Assembly: GCA_036447375.1 (NCBI GenBank)
Contig: JAZFUU010000009.1
Span: forward strand, 1-59,294
Direction of reading: 5' to 3'
Source of the DNA: Myxococcota bacterium
GTDB lineage: Bacteria > Myxococcota_A > UBA9160 > SMWR01
Length of the DNA: 59,294 nt
Below the pieces are notes generated by a model that worked only from the letters and a program-made list of their open reading frames with translations, did not search any database and had not been told where the DNA came from. The translations under genes were made by a program, and so were the position numbers. Positions 42,805 to 51,425 of the stretch are shown here, piece by piece. Position 1 is the stretch's first letter, and each line of letters starts with the position of its first letter.

Positions 42805-44892
42805 GTGACCGTTCGGGTCGGAATCGACATCGGTGGCACCTTCACCGACTTCGCCCTCTTGAAGGAAGGCGACGTCGTGCTGGAGAAGACGCTCAGCACG
42901 CCCCATGACCATTCGCTGGCCGTGATGGAGGGATTGAAAAAGCTGGCGGATCACGAGGGCCGTTCGCTGGCCGACTTTCTGTCGGAAGTCGAGGCCATCA
43001 TCCACGGAACGACGATCGCGGACAATACCCTGATCCAGATGAACGGTGCGGTGACCGGCCTGCTCACGACCGAGGGCTTTCGCGACGAGCTCGAACTGCG
43101 CCGGGGCTTCAAAGAGGACATCTGGGATGTTCGCTTGCCGGCGCCGATCTTCATCGTACCCCGGCGGCGCCGGCTCACCGTGCCCGAACGCATCCTGGCT
43201 GACGGCTCGATCTACAAAGAGCTGGACGAGGAGGCGGCACGCCGGGCGATTCGCCGTCTGAAGCTGAACAACGTTGAATCGGTGGCCATCTCGCTGCTGT
43301 TTTCCTTCACAAATCCGATTCACGAGCGCCGTCTGGCGGAGCTCGTCGAGCAGGAAATGCCGGGGGTCGAGATCTCGCTCTCCTGTGAGGTCCTGCCCCG
43401 GGCGCCGGAATTCGATCGCACCAGTACCACGGCGGTGAACGCCTATGTCGGTCCGAGAGTCACGGGCTATCTCGATCGTCTGGTGGAGCGGCTGGAAGAG
43501 GCCGGCTACGGGCGCCAGTTGTTGATCATGCAGTCCAACGGCGGCGTCATGTCGCGGGACTATCTGCGCAGCAGTCCGGTCCGCGTTCTGGCGTCGGGCC
43601 CCGCCGGTGGCGTGGTCGGCGCCGCTCGCGTGGCCGAGGCGAAGGACGCACCGGATCTCCTGTGCGTCGACATGGGAGGCACCAGCTACGACGTATCCGT
43701 GGTGCTCGGCGCTTCGGTCCCGGCCGAGGCCGGCTGGAACTGGCACCACCGCAATTTCATCGGCGTGCCGATGGTCAACGTAGAGACGCTCGGTGCCGGC
43801 GGGGGTTCGATCTGTGCCGTCAAGAACGGGGGCATCGAGGTAGGGCCCGAGAGCGCCGGCGCGGACCCAGGGCCGATCTGTTACGGCCGGGGCGGAACCC
43901 GCCCCACGCTGACCGACGCGATCCTGGTGCTGGGGATTCTCTCGGAGCACTCACCCTTCGCCGGGGGAAGCTTCGAGCTGAGCCGGCAGGGGGTCGACGA
44001 GGCATTTCAGGAACAGATTGGGGACGCGCTGGATTGCAGCGTCGAAGCCGCGGCTTTCGACGCCTGGCGCGTCGTCAACGCCAACATGACCCAGGCCGTG
44101 AGGCGCATGACCGCGGGCAGGGGGATCGACCCCCAGGGCCTGACCCTGTTGGCCTATGGGGGCAACGGCCCGACCTTTGCCGGCATCCAGGCCGAGGAAT
44201 TGGGGATCGAGCAGGTGCTGGTGCCCCGGTCCTCGCCCACCTTCTCGGCACTCGGAGCGCTGGCGGCGAAGCCCTCGATCGACGAGGAACGGGCCTACCT
44301 GGTCTCTGCCGCCAACGCCGACGCGGACCGACTGCGCGATCTCTGGCGCGAGCTGGACGAGCGCGCGGAGAGCTACTTCCTGGCGGCGGGGTTCAAGCGA
44401 GACGACATCACGGCCCGGTACCAGATCAACCTGCGATACCCGGGCCAGAACTTCGCCCTCACGGTGGATGTCCAGCAGATCGAGGGGGCGCGTGATCTCT
44501 CCTTCGTGGACGCAGCCCTGGTCGCGAACGTGATCGAAGCCTTTCATGGCGAGCACGAGGCCTGCTACGGCCACCGGCGGAAGGACGAGGTGCCGGAGAT
44601 CACGGGAGCTCGACTCCAGACGTCGGTGGAAGTCACCAGCCCGCTCTTCGGGGCGGGGTCGTCGGCGCCGCAGCAGGCAGCCACTCCGACGAGGACCCGG
44701 CGGGCGAACCTCGGCCGGGGCTTCGAGGACACCCGCATCTACCGCGGCCCGGATCTGCGGACCGGTGACACGATCGACGGTCCGGGCATCATCGAGGAGA
44801 GCTATACCACCGTCGTCGTGTATCCGGGGTGGCGGGCACACCTCGACGATGCGGGAGACTACGTTCTCCGCGTTACTTCCTCGGCAGCTTGA
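42805..44892 (+). CDS. Hydantoinase A / oxoprolinase family protein
   Basis: GTG 42805 lies 4 nt after the HyuB stop. VGIDIGGTFTDFALL and DMGGTSYDVS are ASKHA-type motifs. Confidence 0.9.
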   Translation: MTVRVGIDIGGTFTDFALLKEGDVVLEKTLSTPHDHSLAVMEGLKKLADHEGRSLADFLSEVEAIIHGTTIADNTLIQMNGAVTGLLTTEGFRDELELRRGFKEDIWDVRLPAPIFIVPRRRRLTVPERILADGSIYKELDEEAARRAIRRLKLNNVESVAISLLFSFTNPIHERRLAELVEQEMPGVEISLSCEVLPRAPEFDRTSTTAVNAYVGPRVTGYLDRLVERLEEAGYGRQLLIMQSNGGVMSRDYLRSSPVRVLASGPAGGVVGAARVAEAKDAPDLLCVDMGGTSYDVSVVLGASVPAEAGWNWHHRNFIGVPMVNVETLGAGGGSICAVKNGGIEVGPESAGADPGPICYGRGGTRPTLTDAILVLGILSEHSPFAGGSFELSRQGVDEAFQEQIGDALDCSVEAAAFDAWRVVNANMTQAVRRMTAGRGIDPQGLTLLAYGGNGPTFAGIQAEELGIEQVLVPRSSPTFSALGALAAKPSIDEERAYLVSAANADADRLRDLWRELDERAESYFLAAGFKRDDITARYQINLRYPGQNFALTVDVQQIEGARDLSFVDAALVANVIEAFHGEHEACYGHRRKDEVPEITGARLQTSVEVTSPLFGAGSSAPQQAATPTRTRRANLGRGFEDTRIYRGPDLRTGDTIDGPGIIEESYTTVVVYPGWRAHLDDAGDYVLRVTSSAA

Positions 44893-46093
44893 TCGCCTTG
44901 TCGGCGATGATGTTCTTCTGCACCTCGGTGGTGCCCGCGCCGATCGTCGTGTAGCGCTGGAAGAGATAGAGCCGGTTCCACGCGCCACCGTCGGCCGCTT
45001 CGGGAGCCCCTTTGGCCATCATGCCCACCGGCCCGAGCAGGTCGACCGCCAGCTCGGCCAGGGTCTGGGCCAGGTGACTCCACTGGAGCTTGGCCAGCGG
45101 AACCTCGGGCCAGGTCTTCTGGTTCTTGAGGATCTTCGAGAGGGCCCGGTAGTTGAGCAGCTTCGTGTACTCGATGTCGGTATGGGCGCGGGCGATCCGG
45201 TCTCGGATGCTGGGATCCTCGAGGGCCTGGGGATTCACCGAACGCGCCAGATTGATCATGGCGTTCAAGTCGGCGCGCATGCCGATGGCGAGTCCGGCGG
45301 TACCAACGCGCTCCTTGCCCAGCGTGCCCATGGCCACGCTCCAGCCCTGCCCTTCCGCTCCGAGCCGGTAGGCCGCCGGCACGCGGGCATCTTCGAAGAA
45401 CACTTCGCAGAACATCTCCTCGCCGGCGATGTCCTTGATCGGCCGAATCTCGACTCCCGACACCTCCAGATCGACGATGAAGGCGGTGATCCCCTCGTGC
45501 TTGGCGCCGCGCTCGATGGCGGTGGGATCGGTGCGGACCAGGAAGAGTCCCCACTTGGCGACGTGGGCGCTGGAGATCCAGATCTTGCGACCGTTGAAGA
45601 CGTAGTCGTCGCCATCGCGGACCGCCAGAGTGCGCAGGTTCGCGAGGTCGCTTCCCGCCTCGGGCTCCGTGAAACCCTGGCACCAGTGATCGTCGGCATT
45701 GAGGATATTCGGAATCCACATCTTCTTCTGCTCGTCGGTTCCCCAATGAATGATCATCGGGCCGATCTGCCAGAGTCCATTGGTGTTGTAGATCCCGGGC
45801 GTGCGATAGCTGGACATCACCTCCGAGTAGATGACGTTCTGGGTAATGCTGGCGTCGCGGCCGCCCCACTCCTTTGGCCAGTGGATCGCCGCCCAGCGGC
45901 CCTCGTTGAGCTTCCGCTGCCACGCGCGGCGCCGCTCCATGGACTTCATCACGCCGGCGGCGCCCGCGGCCCCCTCGGTCTCGCCGCTTTCGACAACCGG
46001 CCGATCGGCGAGGAAGCGATCCAGGTTCTCGTCGAGCCAGGTCGTCAGCTCGCGACGGAACGCCTCGTCCTCAGCGGTGTACGCAAAATCCAT
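44873..46093 (-). CDS. Acyl-CoA dehydrogenase, large-subunit type
   Basis: AIHWPKEWGGRDAS..CQGFTEPEAGSDLANL..TIGAGTTEVQKNII. It is a paralogue of 21344-22531. Confidence 0.9.
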   Translation of the reverse strand: MDFAYTAEDEAFRRELTTWLDENLDRFLADRPVVESGETEGAAGAAGVMKSMERRRAWQRKLNEGRWAAIHWPKEWGGRDASITQNVIYSEVMSSYRTPGIYNTNGLWQIGPMIIHWGTDEQKKMWIPNILNADDHWCQGFTEPEAGSDLANLRTLAVRDGDDYVFNGRKIWISSAHVAKWGLFLVRTDPTAIERGAKHEGITAFIVDLEVSGVEIRPIKDIAGEEMFCEVFFEDARVPAAYRLGAEGQGWSVAMGTLGKERVGTAGLAIGMRADLNAMINLARSVNPQALEDPSIRDRIARAHTDIEYTKLLNYRALSKILKNQKTWPEVPLAKLQWSHLAQTLAELAVDLLGPVGMMAKGAPEAADGGAWNRLYLFQRYTTIGAGTTEVQKNIIADKAIKLPRK

Positions 46094-46221
46094 GAGGTAT
46101 CATCCTTGTCGCGCCAGTGTCGCAAAGTACCGCATTTGCCACGAATGACGCCGATACGGCCGGCGACCTCGAAAAAAAGCTTTCATGGATCCCGCGAGGG
46201 AAGACGAGGTAAAAGGTAGGG

Positions 46222-47316
46222 GTGGAGTTCACTTTCAGCGAAGAGCAGGAAGCCCTACGCCAGACGGTGCGCAGCTTCCTCGTGCGCGAATGCCCCAGTG
46301 AAACCTGGCGAGCCCTGCTCGAGGACGAGCGGGGGTTCTCCGACACGATCTGGAACCAGCTGGTCGAGCTCGGCTGGACGGGCCTGCTGGTTCCCGAGGC
46401 CCAGGGCGGCCTCGGTCTGGGCCTGGTCGACCTCGTCGTCGTCATGGAGGAGATGGGCCGCGTGCCCTTCCCCGGCCCGTTCTACTCGTCGAGTGTGTTC
46501 GCCACCCTGGCGGCATGCGCCCTGGGTCTGGAAGAGCAGCTCGCGTCGCTGGCCTCCGGTGAAAGCCGCGGCAGCGTTGCCCTGGACGAAACCGGACACG
46601 GCGACGTGGTGGACCGCATCCGAACCCGGGCCAGCCGCAAGACCGGCCGCTGGCGGCTCCACGGCTCGAAACCCGTAGTCATCGACGGCCACACCGCCCA
46701 CTGGGTGCTGGTGGTGGCTCGCACCCAGAATGGGCTGGGCACCTTCCTGGTGGAATCCCCTCGGGCCCAGGCGATTCCCACCCTCGACCTCACGCGAAAA
46801 ATCGCATCGATGGAGTTCGACGGCACCGACGCGCAGCCCGTGGGTCCCGTGGGCGACCACACGACTCTCTGGCGGCGCGTGGTGGACGACGCCTGCATCG
46901 CCCTGTGCGCCGAGCTGGTCGGCAGCAGCGAACGCGCTCACCAGCTCAGCGTGGACTACGCGAAGAATCGCGTGCAGTTCGGCCGGCCCATCGCGAGCTT
47001 CCAGGTGATCAAGCACAAGGCGGTCGACATGCTGCACAAGCTCGAGCTGTCCCGCGTGGGAACCCACTACGCCGCCTGGGCTTCGGATGTCGATGATCCG
47101 ATTCGTGCCGAGGCCGCCGCCATGGCCAAGGCCTTCGTCCCCGAAGCCGCGAATTTCATCAGCGGAGAATGCATTCAGATCCACGGGGGTGTCGGCTTCA
47201 CCTGGGACTCGGATGCCCACATCCACTACCGGAAGGCCAAGCAGAACGATCTGCTGCTCGGCTACAGCGGCATCCACCGCAAACGCGTCGCCGACATGGT
47301 TCTCGCGCGCGTCTGA
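46222..47316 (+). CDS. Acyl-CoA dehydrogenase, small-subunit type
   Basis: GTG 46222 (MEFTFSEEQEALRQTVRSF...). The C-terminus has IQIHGGVGFTWDSDAHIHYRKAK. It is a paralogue of 22565-23548. Confidence 0.88.
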   Translation: MEFTFSEEQEALRQTVRSFLVRECPSETWRALLEDERGFSDTIWNQLVELGWTGLLVPEAQGGLGLGLVDLVVVMEEMGRVPFPGPFYSSSVFATLAACALGLEEQLASLASGESRGSVALDETGHGDVVDRIRTRASRKTGRWRLHGSKPVVIDGHTAHWVLVVARTQNGLGTFLVESPRAQAIPTLDLTRKIASMEFDGTDAQPVGPVGDHTTLWRRVVDDACIALCAELVGSSERAHQLSVDYAKNRVQFGRPIASFQVIKHKAVDMLHKLELSRVGTHYAAWASDVDDPIRAEAAAMAKAFVPEAANFISGECIQIHGGVGFTWDSDAHIHYRKAKQNDLLLGYSGIHRKRVADMVLARV

Positions 47317-47343
47317 TCCCGGACGGGAGCCGCCGGTCGCAAC

Positions 47344-48942
47344 ATGGAGTTCCAGCTCGCAGACCTGTTCGAATGTCTGTGTGATGCGCGCCCCGAAGCC
47401 GATGTGCTGATCGCGGGCGGGCAGCGGCGCACGCGCGCCCAGCTCGAGAGCCGCGCCAACCGACTGGCCCACGCTCTCCAGAGCCGCGGGGTCGGCCCCG
47501 GCGATCACCTGGGCATCTATGCCCACAACCGACTCGAATGGGTCGAAACCCTGATCGCCTGCTGGAAAATCCGCGCGGTCGCCATCAACATCAACTACCG
47601 CTACGTCAGCGACGAGCTCCGCTACATCTGGGACAACGCCGAGATGGTTGCGCTCGTCTACGAACGCGGCTTCGCCCCGCGCGTTGCGGAGCTCGCATCC
47701 GGGTTTCCGTCCCTGCGCACCTATCTCGTGCTGGATGACGGGGCGGACGCCGAAGGCCCGGGCATCGACTACGAGACGGCGCTGGCCGGCGCGTCCGACG
47801 TGCGCGACTTTGGCCCCCGCTCGGGAGACGACCTCTACCTGGTGTATACGGGCGGAACCACGGGAATGCCCAAGGGCGTGCTGTGGCGCCACGAAGATCT
47901 CTACTCGAATATCGCCCGCCCCCTGACCGGGGGCATCGAGCGACCCGAGGAGATCGCGAAGCAGGCGGACAATCCCCTCAACATGCGCACCCTGACCTTG
48001 TCGCCGCTGATGCACGGCGGTGGCCAGTGGCCCCTGTTCATCACGATCTTCAACGGAGGAGTCGGCCTGTTCCCGGTATCGAAACACTTCGATCCCGACG
48101 AGGTGCTCTCGATCATCCAGCGCGAAGGCGTCACGACCCTGAGCATCATCGGGGATGCCATGGGGCGTCCCCTCGCCGAGGCGAAGCTCGACCCCGCGAA
48201 GTCCACCGACACGAGCTCGCTGATGGCGATCTCGACCGGCGGCGCGCTGCTGACGGACCCGGTGCGAAAGCTCCTGCGCGAGGCCCTGGGAAAGATCCTC
48301 ATCACGGGAGGAATCGGCAGCTCCGAGATCGGCAGCGCCGCCCGGGAGACGCGCGCCTTCGACGCCGCCAGCGGACCCCGATTCAAGCTGGACGCCAGCG
48401 TGGCGGTGCTCGACGAGGACCTGCGGCGCATTCAGCCGGGTTCGGGCCGCAACGGTCGCCTGGCGCGCAGCGGACACATTCCCCTCGGCTACTTCCGAGA
48501 CGAGAAGAAGACGGCCGAAACCTTCGTCCGCGACCCCGACGGGGTCCGCTGGGTCCTTCCCGGTGACTGGGCGCGAGTCGAGGAGGACGGCACCATCACC
48601 CTGCTGGGCCGCGGCTCGGGATGCATCAACTCCGGCGGCGAGAAGATCTTCCCCGACGAGGTCGAGGCCGTCATCGTCGGTCACCCCTCGGTGCGGGGCG
48701 CGACCGTGATTGGCGTACCCGACCCGAACTGGATGGAGCGGGTCACCGCGTTGGTGGAGCTCCAGCCCGGCGCCGCCGAGCTGGACCTGGAAGCGATCCA
48801 GGCCCACTGCCGCAAACATCTGGCGAGCTACAAGATCCCGCGCGCGCTGCTGCTCTGCGAGATTCGGCGCCTGCCCACGGGCAAGGTCGACAGCGTCTGG
48901 GCGAAGCGGCACGCCCGGGAGTCGCTCCGTGACAAGATGTGA
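47344..48942 (+). CDS. AMP-dependent acyl-CoA synthetase/ligase
   Basis: LVYTGGTTGMPKGVLWRHEDL...SGGEKIFPDEVE...KIPR..GKVD. Confidence 0.9.
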   Translation: MEFQLADLFECLCDARPEADVLIAGGQRRTRAQLESRANRLAHALQSRGVGPGDHLGIYAHNRLEWVETLIACWKIRAVAININYRYVSDELRYIWDNAEMVALVYERGFAPRVAELASGFPSLRTYLVLDDGADAEGPGIDYETALAGASDVRDFGPRSGDDLYLVYTGGTTGMPKGVLWRHEDLYSNIARPLTGGIERPEEIAKQADNPLNMRTLTLSPLMHGGGQWPLFITIFNGGVGLFPVSKHFDPDEVLSIIQREGVTTLSIIGDAMGRPLAEAKLDPAKSTDTSSLMAISTGGALLTDPVRKLLREALGKILITGGIGSSEIGSAARETRAFDAASGPRFKLDASVAVLDEDLRRIQPGSGRNGRLARSGHIPLGYFRDEKKTAETFVRDPDGVRWVLPGDWARVEEDGTITLLGRGSGCINSGGEKIFPDEVEAVIVGHPSVRGATVIGVPDPNWMERVTALVELQPGAAELDLEAIQAHCRKHLASYKIPRALLLCEIRRLPTGKVDSVWAKRHARESLRDKM

Positions 48943-48974
48943 CGCTCGCGGAGCCGAAAAGACTGGGCGCCGCC

Positions 48975-50456
48975 TCACGGCTCGATTCGATTGACGCCCC
49001 TTCCACCGTCGCGAAGCACCACCGACCGCCCGACCCATTCGCTCTCTTCCATGGAACGCACGAGGTCAGCGTCGTGAATACGGGCGTAACAGCGAGCCCC
49101 ATCGGGAAGCTCGCAGACCGCCAGACCCCAAGCGGGACCCGAGCGTCCGTGGACCACGCTGTAGGCCGCCACGGTCGCCGGGCCCGTGGCGGGCTGGCGA
49201 ATTTCGCGCTTGGGGGCGGCGTCGAGCCGAGCCTGGACCGCCCCCTCGTCGGGGAGAGTGAGGATCCCGGGCCGGGTCGAGTAGAGCGCGAAGACGTGAT
49301 TCTGCATGTGCATACCGACACCGCTCACCATCCCCACAGAGCCGGGATCTTCCCGCAGAATCTCCACGAGGCTGGCCACCGAATGGGTCAGGTAGTCGTT
49401 CCCGGGCCCGCCATGGAAGGGCAGCCCGCCGGTCACCGTGAGCGGCCGCGGATCGTCAGCTGCGAGGCCCAGCGCGTCGCGCGCGAATTGGATCGAGCTT
49501 CCGAAACAGCTGTAGAGATCGAAATAGGCGACGTCATCGATTCCCAGGCCGGCGCTGTCGAGTGCGGTGCTGCTCGCCTCCTGCATCGCCGGCGAACGCC
49601 AGAGCTCCTCGCGTTCCGCCACGTAGACGGGATCCCGTCCGTGACAGAAGCCGCGCAGGTACACGCGTCGCTCGGGCGCAACGCCCAGCGCGTCGGCTTT
49701 CTCGTGGCTCGCCAGCAGAACCCCGGCCGCCATATCGATGTCCAGCACGGAGACGAGCCTCTTGGTGTACGGGTACGCCACCATGCGATTCTCGGGAGTG
49801 ACCTCGATCAGCTCCTGCGGCGAGTACGCCCGACGCAACCAGGCACGCGGGTTCTTGGCAGCAACCTCGGACAGCGGCGCCATCAGCGCGCCGAGCTGCC
49901 GTCTATACTTTTGGGGGCTGAGACCCAGATGCTCCCGACGTGCCACGTCGAAGACGGCGAAAGTGAGGTACGCCTGGAAGACCTCGTGAGCGATTTCCGC
50001 GGGATGGAACGGGTCGTCGAAGGGCATGCGCGGCTTCTGCTCGGGTGCGAAGCTCCACTCCGGCTTGCGGCCCGCCTGCTTGAGACGCCTCTTGGTAGCG
50101 AGGGCCTCGCCTCCCACCACCAATGTCAGGTCGCCGCGTCCGCTCAGGATCTCTCGCGCCGCCTCATCCAGAAACTTCTGCGGCGAAGTCCCCGAGAGTC
50201 CCGAGTAGTGACGACCGCCTTCGGGCAGCCCCAGGCGCTCGGCCAATCGACCCGGCGGGTCGTCGTACTGCCAGCTCAGGCTGTAGACCACGCGCAGGTC
50301 GTCGATGGCGTCGAGGGCGGAAGCCTTGCCACAGTCGGCCGCCGCCGCGCGCGCCATCTCTTCCCACAGGTCGAGCGGCTCCGGCGCGTCGCCCTGCTCC
50401 GGGTGAATCGTGCGCTGGGCGACCCCGATGATGCAGGGCGCACGCGGATCGGTCAC
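48975..50456 (-). CDS. Thiolase-like protein with C-terminal OB-fold-like extension
   Basis: GTG 50456 forms a GTGA overlap with the crotonase stop. PCIIGVAQ...YDLYSCFGSS...GGLPFHGGPGNDY is the thiolase-fold part. The C-terminal ~110 aa resemble the DUF35 OB part without the Zn ribbon. Confidence 0.8.
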   Translation of the reverse strand: MTDPRAPCIIGVAQRTIHPEQGDAPEPLDLWEEMARAAAADCGKASALDAIDDLRVVYSLSWQYDDPPGRLAERLGLPEGGRHYSGLSGTSPQKFLDEAAREILSGRGDLTLVVGGEALATKRRLKQAGRKPEWSFAPEQKPRMPFDDPFHPAEIAHEVFQAYLTFAVFDVARREHLGLSPQKYRRQLGALMAPLSEVAAKNPRAWLRRAYSPQELIEVTPENRMVAYPYTKRLVSVLDIDMAAGVLLASHEKADALGVAPERRVYLRGFCHGRDPVYVAEREELWRSPAMQEASSTALDSAGLGIDDVAYFDLYSCFGSSIQFARDALGLAADDPRPLTVTGGLPFHGGPGNDYLTHSVASLVEILREDPGSVGMVSGVGMHMQNHVFALYSTRPGILTLPDEGAVQARLDAAPKREIRQPATGPATVAAYSVVHGRSGPAWGLAVCELPDGARCYARIHDADLVRSMEESEWVGRSVVLRDGGRGVNRIEP

Positions 50457-51262
50457 CGCGCCTTCCACCGGGGCTCCCGTTTCTCGGCAAAGGCCTTGGG
50501 ACCCTCTTTGGCGTCTTCGCTCTGAAAGATCGTCTGGGCCAGCTTGCTCTCGAGCCGGTACGCCTCTTTCATGTCGCAGGCCAGTCCGCGGATGACGCTC
50601 TCCTTGGTGGCCTGAACCGCGAGCGGCGCGTTCGCGGTGATGCGACGCGCCCAGTCGCGGGCCTTGTCCATCAATTCGTCCTCTTCGACAATCTCGTTCA
50701 GCAGGCCCAGCTCGAGCGCTCGCTCGGCCGGGAAATGCTCGGCTGTCAGCAGAAACTCCATGGCCGCGGGAAAGGGAATCTGGCGCGGGAGCCGCACGGT
50801 CGTTCCACCGCCGGCGAAGAGCCCGCGCTTCGGCTCCATCACGCCGAAGCGTCCGTGGCTCGTGGAAATCCGGATGTCGACACCGCCAAGCATCTCCATG
50901 CCACCTGCCACGCACGGGCCATTGACGGCGGCGATCACCGGCTTGTACAGCTTCACGTTGCGAAGTACGGCGTAGGTCCCGTCGCTCAGCTTGCAGCCGT
51001 CGATCTCCTTTACCTCGCCTTCGGCGATCTTCTTCTGGAGTTCGGTGATCTGGGGGATGTACGTCTTGAGATCTGCGCCGACCATGAAGTTGCGTTCGAC
51101 ACCGGTAACGATGGCAACCCAGGCGTCGTCATCGTCTTTGAATTGACGCCAGGCCGCGGCGAGATCCCGGAAGTGATAGAGATCCAGGGCGTTGCGCACC
51201 TGCGGGCGGTCGATGGTGATGGTGACGATGTGCTCATCGTTCTTTTCGAAATGGATCGGCAT
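50453..51262 (-). CDS. Enoyl-CoA hydratase/isomerase (crotonase) family
   Basis: IVTITIDRPQVRNAL..FMVGADL..AVNGPCVAGGMEML. Length is 269 aa. Confidence 0.9.
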   Translation of the reverse strand: MPIHFEKNDEHIVTITIDRPQVRNALDLYHFRDLAAAWRQFKDDDDAWVAIVTGVERNFMVGADLKTYIPQITELQKKIAEGEVKEIDGCKLSDGTYAVLRNVKLYKPVIAAVNGPCVAGGMEMLGGVDIRISTSHGRFGVMEPKRGLFAGGGTTVRLPRQIPFPAAMEFLLTAEHFPAERALELGLLNEIVEEDELMDKARDWARRITANAPLAVQATKESVIRGLACDMKEAYRLESKLAQTIFQSEDAKEGPKAFAEKREPRWKAR

Positions 51263-51298
51263 GGGGGCGGTCTTCCCGTGGTGTCGACTGGGCCAGTC

Positions 51299-51322
51299 GG
51301 TGGGAGCGAGGGTGGGAGCGAG
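51299..51322. repeat. Perfect 12-bp tandem repeat in a divergent promoter region
   Basis: GGTGGGAGCGAG x2 lies between the crotonase start (51262, minus) and the putative pqqC promoter. Confidence 0.85.
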
Positions 51323-51331
51323 CCGCGCATG

Positions 51332-51361
51332 TTAACACCCTTGCCCAGCGGATATGATAAT
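51332..51361 (+). promoter_or_regulatory. Putative sigma70-type promoter for pqqC
   Basis: TTAACA (51332-51337) - 18 nt - GATAAT (51356-51361), 65 nt upstream of the pqqC ATG. These are AT-rich boxes in otherwise GC-rich DNA. Confidence 0.3.
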
Positions 51362-51425
51362 CTGCCATTCGCCCAGAGACAGCGAGTCGTATGGGTCAGG
51401 CCCACGAATCACGGAAGACAGGAGC

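Noticed and set aside
42397-43950. 517-aa minus-strand ORF (and similar ones at 19810-21342, 11799-13310, 43951-44988, 44546-46219 and 48939-50525)
   Set aside because: All are antisense or off-frame to genes with strong family signatures. None has a recognisable domain.
46255-49038. 927-aa ORF on the minus strand
   Set aside because: It is antisense to two well-supported plus-strand genes (ACAD 46222-47316, acyl-CoA synthetase 47344-48942). The composition is Arg/Gly/Ala/Pro-rich with no recognisable motif, which is a typical high-GC shadow frame.
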